Assembly (NCBI GenBank): GCA_048939015.1
Contig: JBHLPW010000048.1
Coordinates: forward strand, 1 to 38,946
Direction of reading: 5' to 3'
DNA: 38,946 nucleotides
DNA from: Promethearchaeota archaeon
Lineage (GTDB): Archaea; Asgardarchaeota; Lokiarchaeia; Sigyniarchaeales; SOKP01
Shown: positions 18,731-28,335 of the stretch, one piece after another
Layout: each line of letters opens with the position of its first letter
Position numbering within the stretch: position 1 is the first letter of the stretch
Translations under genes and position numbers: made by a program
Notes under the pieces: model-generated
What the model was told of the DNA's origin: nothing
Databases searched by the model: none
Seen by the model: only the letters and a program-made list of their open reading frames with translations

Positions 18731-20854
18731 TTATTCTATTTTATTAGTAAATTTAATTTGGTTACTTTTTGGTTCATATAGAGTCCCTTCCTTAATCAAT
18801 TCATCTAACGCGTTCTCTATAAACTTTTTATCTAAGTTCTCTTCTAATTCTAAGATCTGGATAACATTAGATTTTTCAAGCGCTCTCCAACTATTTTCTT
18901 CAAAGATTTCTTTAAGTATGTCCATAATAGTCTCTAATTTATTTAGATTAGTTCTTGATTGCCCCACAAAAATTCTATCCATATCAATTTTACCAGTCGT
19001 TTCATCATAACCAGTATCTTTAAGATATCTCTTGAACAATTCTATAATAGCTTCTACATCTTCCTTAATAACTTTATTTCTTAGCGCCATTTTAGCATAT
19101 GCTTCACTGAGTCTTACTAAAGCATCTAGGTTTCTAGCTAAGATTGATATAATCGCATCTTCACTATCATATTGCCCTCTTAATTCAAGGTAGAATTCTT
19201 TTATTCTATCTTTAGCCTCATCAGATAAAACAGGATTACATGTCCTTCTTGCATGTTTAATATATTTTTTTAAAAGATCTCTTGAAATTGGCGCGACAGA
19301 ATTGCTTTCTTCAAGTAATTCTTCTGAAGTTATCATAGAATTTTTTAAAATAAATTCAGCCATTTGAGCATCATCCGCTTTATTAGGTTTGTCAACAACA
19401 ACAAAGATCAAATCAAATCGAGATAATAGAGAAGGGGGTAATCGAATGTTTTGAGTTGGTGTTTTGTATCTATCATATCTTCCCGAGTAGGGATTAGCTG
19501 CTGCTATAATGGCTGTTTGTGCTTTTAATGTAGCGACTATCCCCGCTTTAGCTATACTTACAGTTTGTTGTTCCATAGCTTCATGAAGTGCAGATCTATC
19601 AGCAGTGTCCATTTTGTCAAATTCATCTATGGCAGCGACACCTCCATTTGCCAACACTACAACTCCAGCTTCAAGGTTCATTTGACCTGTTTCAGTATCT
19701 TTTATTACTGCTGCGGTTAAACCTACTGCAGTCGATCCTTTCCCAGAGGTATATAATCCTCGTGGCGATACTTCTATAGCACTTTTCAAGATTTCTGATT
19801 TTCCAGTTCCTGGATCCCCAACAAAGAGAACATGGATATCACCCCTCTTATATCCTCCCCCTGGTTTTTTCTTCCTTGTTCCTGCGAATAAGCTTAAAGC
19901 TGATGCTAGCTTTAGATCTTCTCTGCCATATATATCCGGAGCCAAAGATCTTGCGATTTTTTTTTGTATAAATGGTTCTTTTGATAGATCTTCAATTTTA
20001 TTCTTGTCTTCTTTCGTTAAATCAATAGCATCTTCTGTTTTATCTTCAGGATCTATATAATTGGTGTCAAAGTAAGTCTTGAACAATGTAGAATTATTAC
20101 TTTTAATTGATTGTGCTAATACAGATCTAAAAATTCCGGTAAACTTCACTCTATCGCCTGGTTTTACCGTATCAACAAGATCGTACGTTAAAATTCCTTG
20201 TACGGATCTGGGAATTCTCCCAGGAGGTAAATCTTCTGGAATTTCTTGAATCATAATATTCTGCCAATCAATAAATTCTGAATGTTTTGATATAAGTCTA
20301 AAATCAGTTTGAGCTTTCGCTTTACATCGTTTATTTGTACAGAATTTAGGCCATCTTATTCTTGAGGTTAGTTGAGGTATATCAATCTGAGCTCCACATA
20401 ATTGACATATAAAAGAAGCTTTTTCTAATTTTGGTCTAATACTAGAACATCTAACTAATATCCCTTTCGACCATACTAGTGAACCAATATGTTTAGCTCT
20501 CAAACCTCTTAAAGGAATTAATAAAGGGCTCATTTTGTCTTTTGTAATTATTCTTACAAAATAATCTATATTGCTCATCTGTGAGCCCTGAAATTTTAAC
20601 AAATTTTTAAATGCTTCCACAGCATCTTCTAGTAAGTCTTCAGGATCTTTTTTTAGCATTTCTGCAATATCAGGATCGCTAGCTAATAAGTCTTCAAATA
20701 AAACAACTAAAGTATTTTCACCTTTAGCATAGATTTCATTAATTTGGTCTTTATATTTATATACTCCAGGGGTTTCTTGAAAAGACCGATAAAAATCCTC
20801 AAAACGTTGAACTTTATTAATCGGTTGACTAGGGCTCGATAAAGGAGTTGTCAT
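18731..20854 (-). CDS. mcm: Replicative helicase MCM
   Basis: Zn finger CQLC...CTNKRC, QEIPEDLPPGRIPRS, Walker A GDPGTGKS, IDEFDKM, Arg finger LLSRFD, C-terminal winged helix; no intein. Confidence 0.97.
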   Translation of the reverse strand: MTTPLSSPSQPINKVQRFEDFYRSFQETPGVYKYKDQINEIYAKGENTLVVLFEDLLASDPDIAEMLKKDPEDLLEDAVEAFKNLLKFQGSQMSNIDYFVRIITKDKMSPLLIPLRGLRAKHIGSLVWSKGILVRCSSIRPKLEKASFICQLCGAQIDIPQLTSRIRWPKFCTNKRCKAKAQTDFRLISKHSEFIDWQNIMIQEIPEDLPPGRIPRSVQGILTYDLVDTVKPGDRVKFTGIFRSVLAQSIKSNNSTLFKTYFDTNYIDPEDKTEDAIDLTKEDKNKIEDLSKEPFIQKKIARSLAPDIYGREDLKLASALSLFAGTRKKKPGGGYKRGDIHVLFVGDPGTGKSEILKSAIEVSPRGLYTSGKGSTAVGLTAAVIKDTETGQMNLEAGVVVLANGGVAAIDEFDKMDTADRSALHEAMEQQTVSIAKAGIVATLKAQTAIIAAANPYSGRYDRYKTPTQNIRLPPSLLSRFDLIFVVVDKPNKADDAQMAEFILKNSMITSEELLEESNSVAPISRDLLKKYIKHARRTCNPVLSDEAKDRIKEFYLELRGQYDSEDAIISILARNLDALVRLSEAYAKMALRNKVIKEDVEAIIELFKRYLKDTGYDETTGKIDMDRIFVGQSRTNLNKLETIMDILKEIFEENSWRALEKSNVIQILELEENLDKKFIENALDELIKEGTLYEPKSNQIKFTNKIE

Positions 20855-21020
20855 GTTAAATCTTAACAGATTTTTTTAATATACCTAATTATATTTGAAG
20901 ATTTTTAATCCATTGTATTAATGAATTAGTTATTAAAGAACAAATAAGTGAAAATAAAAAAAATGGGACTGTCGCAAGAATTACTAAATTTTCTTATTTG
21001 CTTCTAAAAGGTATTTTTTA

Positions 21021-24000
21021 TTAATTTCCTTTTAACTCTTGTAGAGTTCCACAAATAATAGGATCTTGACTCATTTCACATCGTATTTTTAATAAAGCAA
21101 TTATTCTTTTCTTTGTTTTGGCAACTTCATATTTTGCGGTTCGACCCAAAATTAACGCTATTGAACGTTGGATTTCTAAAGAACCCTCTCCACTGAGATT
21201 TTGTAATAATTTATTCAAGATCTTGTCCAATCCTACTTTTTGTACTATTTGTACAATACTGTTAATACTCCTTGTTCTTACTTCTTTTGATTCGTCCTCC
21301 AGTAATACAATAATTTCATCAAATATTTTTTCAATTTGATTACTATAAATCTGGATTAAACCCGCTGAGGCTTCTCTAATTTTAGGATCACTACTTGCCA
21401 AATTATCTTTAATAATTTCAAATGGAATATGTGAATCATTAACTTCTTTAGTATTTGATAAGATATTCAAGACAGACCTGCGAACCCAATTTTGCTCATC
21501 ATTTATTAAAGTAATAAGTTTCTCAAGGATTTTTTCTTTTTCTTCGATATGATTTATAATTTTACCTAAACTTGAAACTGCTGCTTCTCTAACTATCCAC
21601 TCATCATCATTTAATGCTTTATTTATCAATTTATCAACGGTTGAAGACGGTTGATTATATCCTATAAAACCTAATATTTTTACACTTGTTTCACGGACAA
21701 ATGAGTCTTGATCGTCAAGAAAGTTTAGAATTTCGTGAACAGGAATAATATTAGGTGATTCTTTTGCGATTTCTAATAAAGATTTAGAAAACACAATCCT
21801 AGTCGATAAATCTTGTTTTACTAAAATTTGTAAAAATTCAGATATAAAAGGTTTCATTAGAGAGGCGTCTTTTTGTGCTATTTTTGAGATAGCATTAGAA
21901 GCTGTTTTCTTAATTTGTTTACTTTTATCCTTCTCTAATAGTGTTAGGATTGGTCTTAAATTAACATATTCAATGAATTCCTCTACTAAACCATCTAATG
22001 AATTAATAGCATTTAATCGAATATCATCATTTTCATTATTTAAATAATTTAATAAAATTGGAATTATATGCTCTGGATCATTTTTACCAATTTTAATAAA
22101 TGTTTGTGAAATGATTCCTTTTGTAATATATTTTGAAATATCTGGGATTTTTATTAAATTTTGAATTATTAAATCTGGTGTACTATTATAATGTTCTATT
22201 AAAATCTCCGAGATTTTTTCTTTTAGTGAGTCATTATCAAATTTTATAAACGTTAATAAAGTCTCTAAGATCTTTTGTGGATTATATTTCCACAGTTTTC
22301 CAAGTAAAGAAATAACACTAAATACTATTTTAAAATTATTTGGATCTATTTTGTTAATAATCTCCTCTATATCAAATAAATTTGGTTCCTCCTCGAAGTA
22401 TTTTACTAGGACTTTTATCGCAGCTTGTCTTGTTGATTCATTTGAATCCGTTAAACCATCTAGGAAGGGAAAAAGAGGAATATTATTTTTTTTGAAATTA
22501 CCAATTTTTGCCAAAACCTCATAAATAGAGGTTCGAACAGAACTAGAGGGGTCTTTAATCAGTGGTAAAATTTTAGAAATCAATTTTTTATCTATTTGTT
22601 TAATATTAAGATTTCTTAGGTTCTTAACTGCTGCTGAGCTAATTTCATTATTCACATCAAAAATTTTATCAATAATAATATCAATAGGGAGTGCAAAAGA
22701 TGAAGCTGATAATATGTTAAGAATTTCAACCTGAATAAGAATATTAGGGTCGTTAATTAATTCCTTAACGTTTAAATTTAAAATTAAGTCAGGGTTATTC
22801 TCTATCAATCTACTTAATATTTTAAGTCCCAATATCTTCATTCTCCATTCTGGATCTTCAATTATATTAAAAAGTATATCCTTAGGAATTTTTTCTACAA
22901 AATTTTTATTTGAATTTAATAATATTTTTGCAATAGGAACAGACTTATCATAATTCGGCGACTTTAATGCTTCTATTATCCAAGGTAATATTAATTCTGG
23001 AACATCATTTTCCAATTGTATCAAAATTCTATTACTTACTTGTCTCACATTTGGATTATAATCACAAATACCATCCAAAATTGAATTTTTAAATTTCCAG
23101 TCATCGAGATTTATTTCATCCTTTAAAGGAATTCTTTCAAACATCAAAAATAAAGTTTCTTCTGCATGTTTTCTTATTTTAGGATTACCATGTTTAATAA
23201 AATTGAATAAGGGAATAGGATCAAATGTTTGACCACTTTCAGTAATTTTCGAGTACCTAATATTTAAACCAAATTCATTATTCCTTGATAAAATAAAATA
23301 AGATGTAAAAATAACTAGAACTATTTCTTCAATAACGGCAGCCCACGCAAACATATAAAAATTTGAGTAAATCTGGTTTGTAATTGTCCATAGATTAAAA
23401 GTATATTGCAGTTTTTCAGGATTGACAATTAAAAAATTAATTAATACATTTATTCCTATAGATGCCATCAAATAGGCTGCAAAATAAATATCAATTCCTC
23501 TATATTTTATTTTTCTTCCCCAAAAGCGTGTAAAATATCCAAGTATTCCAAATAGAAGTGTTACAAAAACAAAAACTGAAGACATTGTTGAAATTGCTAT
23601 TGTTCGAGTAAAAAAGAACATCACAGTTTGAATTAAAGAGATCCAAGCCCAAACAAATACAAATATCATTAAACCGAGTATTATATAAGAACCTGGATCA
23701 GATAAGAATTGTTTCATTCCTCTTTTACTATCTTCAAAATTAAGGAAAATAGATCTCCTTAGATCTGGAATATGATAGTAAACATTTGAAATACCAGCAA
23801 CATAACCTTTTGATCCATAAAAAGTTAATATCATTAAAGGATAAATAAGCATCCAAGTTATCCATATCATGATAAATGGTAATCCAATTATGGTTAGCAG
23901 AAAGGGAGGGAAAATGAATACCATTAGATAAAGAACTAAGGCAATTAATACCTTTATAATCCGATTTCCTGACAAATTTATTATCTTATTACTTAAAAAT

Positions 24001-24374
24001 TTATGAAACGGGGTCATACCTTCATCTGATTCTTTGCTTAAAGCAATAAATAAAAAATCAATCAAGGGATAAAATGAAATATAAACTAGGCAGAAAATAA
24101 ATGGTACTAATAAGACAAGAGGATGTACATTTGGAGGAGTAGTTTCTGGATCCCAAAATTCTGGTGTTCTTACAGTAAAAATGACTGCGACACTAAAAAC
24201 TACCATAATTGATAAGCTAAAAATGATTCCATAGATAACGCATTGAAGTCGGTCTTTGTTTCTAAAATCTCCTTTTTTAACCAATGCTACTTGTTTATAA
24301 ATTATAAAAAACCCAAGTAGAAAAAATGCAATAAAGAATATTAGAAGTATTATTTCTATTACCAAGATTTTCAC
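21021..24374 (-). CDS. Multi-pass membrane protein (~9 TM) with a long C-terminal HEAT-repeat solenoid
   Basis: First ~360 aa hold about nine hydrophobic helices; the remaining ~750 aa repeat at ~38-39 aa (LDDQDSFVRETSVKILG, LNDDEWIVREAAVSSLG, INDEQNWVRRSVLNILS, LEDESKEVRTRSINSI). GTG start. Confidence 0.88.
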   Translation of the reverse strand: MKILVIEIILLIFFIAFFLLGFFIIYKQVALVKKGDFRNKDRLQCVIYGIIFSLSIMVVFSVAVIFTVRTPEFWDPETTPPNVHPLVLLVPFIFCLVYISFYPLIDFLFIALSKESDEGMTPFHKFLSNKIINLSGNRIIKVLIALVLYLMVFIFPPFLLTIIGLPFIMIWITWMLIYPLMILTFYGSKGYVAGISNVYYHIPDLRRSIFLNFEDSKRGMKQFLSDPGSYIILGLMIFVFVWAWISLIQTVMFFFTRTIAISTMSSVFVFVTLLFGILGYFTRFWGRKIKYRGIDIYFAAYLMASIGINVLINFLIVNPEKLQYTFNLWTITNQIYSNFYMFAWAAVIEEIVLVIFTSYFILSRNNEFGLNIRYSKITESGQTFDPIPLFNFIKHGNPKIRKHAEETLFLMFERIPLKDEINLDDWKFKNSILDGICDYNPNVRQVSNRILIQLENDVPELILPWIIEALKSPNYDKSVPIAKILLNSNKNFVEKIPKDILFNIIEDPEWRMKILGLKILSRLIENNPDLILNLNVKELINDPNILIQVEILNILSASSFALPIDIIIDKIFDVNNEISSAAVKNLRNLNIKQIDKKLISKILPLIKDPSSSVRTSIYEVLAKIGNFKKNNIPLFPFLDGLTDSNESTRQAAIKVLVKYFEEEPNLFDIEEIINKIDPNNFKIVFSVISLLGKLWKYNPQKILETLLTFIKFDNDSLKEKISEILIEHYNSTPDLIIQNLIKIPDISKYITKGIISQTFIKIGKNDPEHIIPILLNYLNNENDDIRLNAINSLDGLVEEFIEYVNLRPILTLLEKDKSKQIKKTASNAISKIAQKDASLMKPFISEFLQILVKQDLSTRIVFSKSLLEIAKESPNIIPVHEILNFLDDQDSFVRETSVKILGFIGYNQPSSTVDKLINKALNDDEWIVREAAVSSLGKIINHIEEKEKILEKLITLINDEQNWVRRSVLNILSNTKEVNDSHIPFEIIKDNLASSDPKIREASAGLIQIYSNQIEKIFDEIIVLLEDESKEVRTRSINSIVQIVQKVGLDKILNKLLQNLSGEGSLEIQRSIALILGRTAKYEVAKTKKRIIALLKIRCEMSQDPIICGTLQELKGN

Positions 24375-24469
24375 GAAATTTTCAAATTATTAATAAAATA
24401 ATAGTATGTTTATTTCTTTTGTATTACTTTTTACATAGTATATAAAGACTTATTAATTTTTTAAATCTG

Positions 24470-25036
24470 GTGCATAAGTTATTGAACGCAATTGAAGAAC
24501 GCTTTGCAGATTCATTGAATAGATTCAATTTTATATTCAAAAATGAAAAAATAGTTACTGAATGTATAAGTAATTTTGAAGGTTTTTCACTATTAGGAGA
24601 ATCTTTTGGTCCTTTCGAGAAGGGCAAGAAATATAAATTAAATTTATTTTCCTCGCTTCCTTTTATTGAAAAAAACATTTTAAGAGTTGCAGCTACAGAT
24701 AAATGTGATAATTTCGACGTTCAACGATACGCAATAGGAGAAAGAGATGATGTTAAATTAAATAGAAGAAATAATAACTTTTTCTTAAACAAAATAAAAG
24801 AATTTAGAAGAATTTTGGAAATGGAAATTGAAAAAAATACTAGACCAAAAATAGATTTTGATAGATATAATTCATATGCTTCTAATATCATTGATAGTCG
24901 TTTATTAAAAATATTGAAGTTATCTATGACAGAATTATCTCTAGAGGATGAGAGAAGATTAACGAACTCAGAAAAAATTTTTTACATAAATCTCTATCTA
25001 CTTATTAAAACATGGAGAGAGTTTTTTACATTTTAG
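24470..25036 (+). CDS. gins23: GINS complex subunit, BA-type (Gins23 / Psf2-Psf3-like)
   Basis: N-terminal beta domain (FGPFEKGKKYKL) followed by a helical domain with RLLKILKL..LTNSEKIFY..LIKTWRE; close to mcm as in other archaea. Confidence 0.7.
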   Translation: MHKLLNAIEERFADSLNRFNFIFKNEKIVTECISNFEGFSLLGESFGPFEKGKKYKLNLFSSLPFIEKNILRVAATDKCDNFDVQRYAIGERDDVKLNRRNNNFFLNKIKEFRRILEMEIEKNTRPKIDFDRYNSYASNIIDSRLLKILKLSMTELSLEDERRLTNSEKIFYINLYLLIKTWREFFTF

Positions 25037-25715
25037 CAGTTTTAAATTTAATCCGACTAGTACCATATTTCTTAAAATAATCCTCAATATGTATCTGCAT
25101 ATTTTTATCCATTTTCATTCGGGGTAACAAATCAATTGCATTACTCATTGCATAATATTGAAGATTTTGTTCTTTTATAATTTCTTCAACACTTTTTCCA
25201 TCATCTCTTAATTCATTTCTATTTGTCAGTCCAATAGTTGCTATTATATTCACATCTAATCTTTTCAAATTCTTTATGGTGGTGATGAGTGAATCACCTG
25301 TTGTTGTTACATCTTCAAGAATAATAGTTTTTCCTTTAGGAATTCCAACAAAAAATTTATCTTTTGGATCACCGTGTTCTTTTTGTTTAGCTCTACCCAT
25401 AGATAAAGGATAAATTCCAGAATTATAATTTATTTGTTTTCTTGCCCATTTATATTGCGTTATTATACCTAATTTTGTTGCCCCTTCTGGAACACCATAA
25501 AAGCATAGCGGATTTAATCCTAAATAATCGATAAATAATAAAATAAAATCTGTTAATTGATCAAGTAAATATACATCAGAAGAAATATTCCTCCAATTTA
25601 CATACCAATATGACAATCTACCTGATTTTAATTTTAGAGGTTCTTCAAAGAATCCAATAATCTTATTATCTAAGATAAAATTATAAAAATTGTCTATTTC
25701 ATTCTCCCAATTCAT
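25026..25715 (-). CDS. pyrE: Orotate phosphoribosyltransferase
   Basis: LKSGRLSYWYVN, RAKQKEHG loop and PRPP-binding IILEDVTTTGDS; 11-nt convergent overlap with gins23. Confidence 0.85.
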   Translation of the reverse strand: MNWENEIDNFYNFILDNKIIGFFEEPLKLKSGRLSYWYVNWRNISSDVYLLDQLTDFILLFIDYLGLNPLCFYGVPEGATKLGIITQYKWARKQINYNSGIYPLSMGRAKQKEHGDPKDKFFVGIPKGKTIILEDVTTTGDSLITTIKNLKRLDVNIIATIGLTNRNELRDDGKSVEEIIKEQNLQYYAMSNAIDLLPRMKMDKNMQIHIEDYFKKYGTSRIKFKTAKM

Positions 25716-25754
25716 AAGAATTAAAAATTGTCATTCAATGTTAAATATTTCTTA

Positions 25755-26423
25755 TTAACCTGAATTAAAGTAAAATCTTGCACTTTTTATTCCATTAACC
25801 CCTTTATTTCCCCAGAATTCAATTATTTTTTTGTGTACTGTATTAGGATGTATATTTAGTATCGAGGATATTTGTTTCTTAAGAAGTCCTTGTTTTATCA
25901 GATTTTTCAAATTACTCTTATTAATCTCTTTATAATTATGATTTTTTTCACCAGATCTAGATAAACTCATTTTAATTTTAGTTGTTTCACTTAATTTTTT
26001 GTTTAACTGAGCTCTTCTGTTATTCTCAATATGTTTTTGACTACATTTTCTTCCTGTCAATCCTTTGCTAATATTTTGAGCATGATCTTTTGTTTTAGGT
26101 TTACAAAGTCTCTTTCTTGCCTCTAAAGTCCATTTCCCATCATCTCCTCCTTCTCTAATATTGTATCCACGATCAGGATTTCGAGTATCCAATAAATTAA
26201 TCCAATATTTTTCTTTTTTGATTAATTCTTTAGTATTTTGACAGTTATCAATCTCTTTAATTTGAAATTTATTTTTTCCATACTTTTTAACAGCATAATC
26301 AAAATGTTTATTAGTTTTTTGTCTTAGGTGTTCGTTTAATCTTTTTTTTAAAGATCGTTCAGTTTTTCCAATTTATAGTTTCCTATTTTCTATATTTGTA
26401 ATTTTATAGATTTTCCCAATCAT
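25755..26423 (-). pseudogene. GIY-YIG homing-type endonuclease with NUMOD3-like motifs and C-terminal HTH, interrupted by one in-frame TAA
   Basis: From ATG at 26423 it reads MIGKIYKITNIENRKL*IGKTERSLKKRLNEHL...KEKYWINLLDTRNPDRGYN, in frame with the tracked 145-aa ORF. The stop is at 26375-26373. KKLSETTKIKMSLSRSGEKNHNY is NUMOD3-like. Confidence 0.88.
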
Positions 26424-26627
26424 TAAATCTACCTTTTAATTGAGCGAAAAAGAGATAATTATCTTAGGTTGTAAAATGTGTTATTATTAAAACAATGAGA
26501 AAGAATAAAAAACTCAAGACTGTATTAGAAATTTGATTTTTAATAAGATAAATATAAAATTCTTTGCTATAACTTCTATTAATAATGTTTTTTTAGTTAT
26601 AACTGATTTATTAAATTGATTCAAGAA

Positions 26628-27146
26628 TTATTCTTTAAGTGTTAAATATTCTCGTCTATATTTCGCGTATTCTTCTCCACTAATTTTACCTTCTAGGAAA
26701 GATTTTTCTTTCTCACGCATGGTCTTCCTTCTTCTTGCTAATTCTTTCTTTCTTTCAGCACTTGCGAAATTACTTGAAATATTTTCAGCTAACTTCACAA
26801 TTTGTTTATCTTTATTCTCTAGAAGTTGGGATAGATATTTTTGTATTGGTTTCGCCATTTCAATATCTTTTTTTGAAATTTCTTCAATACGAGTTAAAGC
26901 CAATATTATATTTTCATTATCATCTCCTTCTAAAACACTAACTAATCTAGGAATTGCGACTTCAGTCATAATTTCATCGAGGTATGACTCGACTTCTTTT
27001 TTTGCACTGCCATAATTATCTAATTGTTTAGATCTTATATATTCAATGAAAATTAAAGGTAATTCAATTGGCCATTCTATCATATCCTCCTTATCGATCA
27101 ATTGAACAACACCACCATCGCTTTTTTTAAAAACTCTTATATCCAA
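26628..27146 (-). CDS. Hypothetical helical protein (HEAT-like pair, coiled coil, SHOCT-like C-terminus) overlapping top6A
   Basis: AIPRLVSVLEGDD..YLSQLLENKDKQIVKLA helical repeats and GKISGEEY tail; TTG start overlaps the top6A stop by 10 nt. Confidence 0.7.
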   Translation of the reverse strand: MDIRVFKKSDGGVVQLIDKEDMIEWPIELPLIFIEYIRSKQLDNYGSAKKEVESYLDEIMTEVAIPRLVSVLEGDDNENIILALTRIEEISKKDIEMAKPIQKYLSQLLENKDKQIVKLAENISSNFASAERKKELARRRKTMREKEKSFLEGKISGEEYAKYRREYLTLKE

Positions 27147-28324
27147 TCACCTGTTGTGAGTTTTTCTGGCAAGTATCTATCGGTTAAAAATTTAAATCCA
27201 TGCGAAGCAAATGCTTGTATTTCCGCCTTTATTTTTAATTTAAGTGCTAACTTGAGATCTTCTTCCCAGGCTTTATTTTTTTTTACAAAATCTTCATTCA
27301 ACAAATCTTTTGTACGTTTTTCATCTTGTTTATTCATTTTTATTCTGACTTCTTGTGGAATTTTATATTTATCTAAATCTCTAGTTAAAACTCCAAGAAG
27401 ATTTATATCTGGTGTAGCGAGAAAAGGTGATTCATAGCTTAACCTCTTAGAACCTCTTAAATATACTGAATGAATATAATGACCATAAGGATCACTATCG
27501 ACTAAACTAAATACTGGAAGATTTAATTCTTTGCTTAATCTCTTCAAAAACATTCTTACTGCAACATTTCCAACCCCTTGAGCCGTTAATAAGATGCAAG
27601 GATATTTTCTCCAAAATCTGGCTTCTGCCAAGCGCATCATAGCAGCATCCTTCTCTATAACAAGAATAAATTCAGCATCAGACTCAATTATTTCAATATT
27701 ATCAAGCATTGGGGATATTGTCCATCCTCCACTCCCTAAACCTTCCAAATCAATGATATCGTTTCTATCACGAATTCTTAATCTTCCTACACAGGTACCT
27801 TTTGGAGCAGCTACAATATGTGTAGAGTTTCTTGTAGTATATAACATTGTAGCAACATCTTCAATACTTTTATCACTATTTTTTTGTTCTTGGAATAAAT
27901 TAACATCTGTATAAAATACTTCCCTTTTCGTAGCATGGATATCTTCATTAAGAAGTTCATAGACAACTTCTAATACCCTCATTAGTCTAGTGATATCAGC
28001 AACACTAGTAAGTGAGTGAAATTGCTTTTCCATTATTTGCTTACCAAGTAATAGTAAATCATTTTCTTCATCCCAGATGATGTTTGTACTTGATCTAGAA
28101 GGCAATTCAATGTAGGGCCTTCCTGTAGCATAAATTTTTTCAAGAACTTTATCAACTAATTTATATAATCGATCAAGCATTCTCTTTCTACTAAGATCAT
28201 CTATTTTTACGGTGTCTGGTGGAAGTCCAATTTCTTTTACCTCTTTTCCTCTTTCTAAATATTCTAAATATAACTCTTTTGCTGCTTTTAAATCATAAAC
28301 TTCTGTATTTTGCTTTTTAGCCAT
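27137..28324 (-). CDS. top6A: DNA topoisomerase VI subunit A (Spo11 homologue)
   Basis: TKREVFY (catalytic Tyr region), FQEQKNSD, TOPRIM LVIEKDA and DSDPYG, KAEIQA. Confidence 0.97.
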   Translation of the reverse strand: MAKKQNTEVYDLKAAKELYLEYLERGKEVKEIGLPPDTVKIDDLSRKRMLDRLYKLVDKVLEKIYATGRPYIELPSRSSTNIIWDEENDLLLLGKQIMEKQFHSLTSVADITRLMRVLEVVYELLNEDIHATKREVFYTDVNLFQEQKNSDKSIEDVATMLYTTRNSTHIVAAPKGTCVGRLRIRDRNDIIDLEGLGSGGWTISPMLDNIEIIESDAEFILVIEKDAAMMRLAEARFWRKYPCILLTAQGVGNVAVRMFLKRLSKELNLPVFSLVDSDPYGHYIHSVYLRGSKRLSYESPFLATPDINLLGVLTRDLDKYKIPQEVRIKMNKQDEKRTKDLLNEDFVKKNKAWEEDLKLALKLKIKAEIQAFASHGFKFLTDRYLPEKLTTGDWI

Positions 28325-28335
28325 TTTTTTTTACC

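Noticed and set aside
18731-20854. Intein or split in MCM
   Set aside because: Normal length (707 aa) with contiguous Walker A/B and Arg-finger motifs.
20855-21020. Replication origin (ORB elements) near mcm/gins
   Set aside because: No repeated ORB-like boxes with G-strings and no cdc6/orc1 gene in the window.
26373-26375. Stop-codon recoding (Pyl/Sec or alternative genetic code) in the GIY-YIG gene
   Set aside because: The codon is TAA, which terminates many genes in this window; a nonsense mutation or base error is simpler.
25716-26627. Group I intron hosting the endonuclease
   Set aside because: Both flanking genes look complete and no structured intron core was recognisable.
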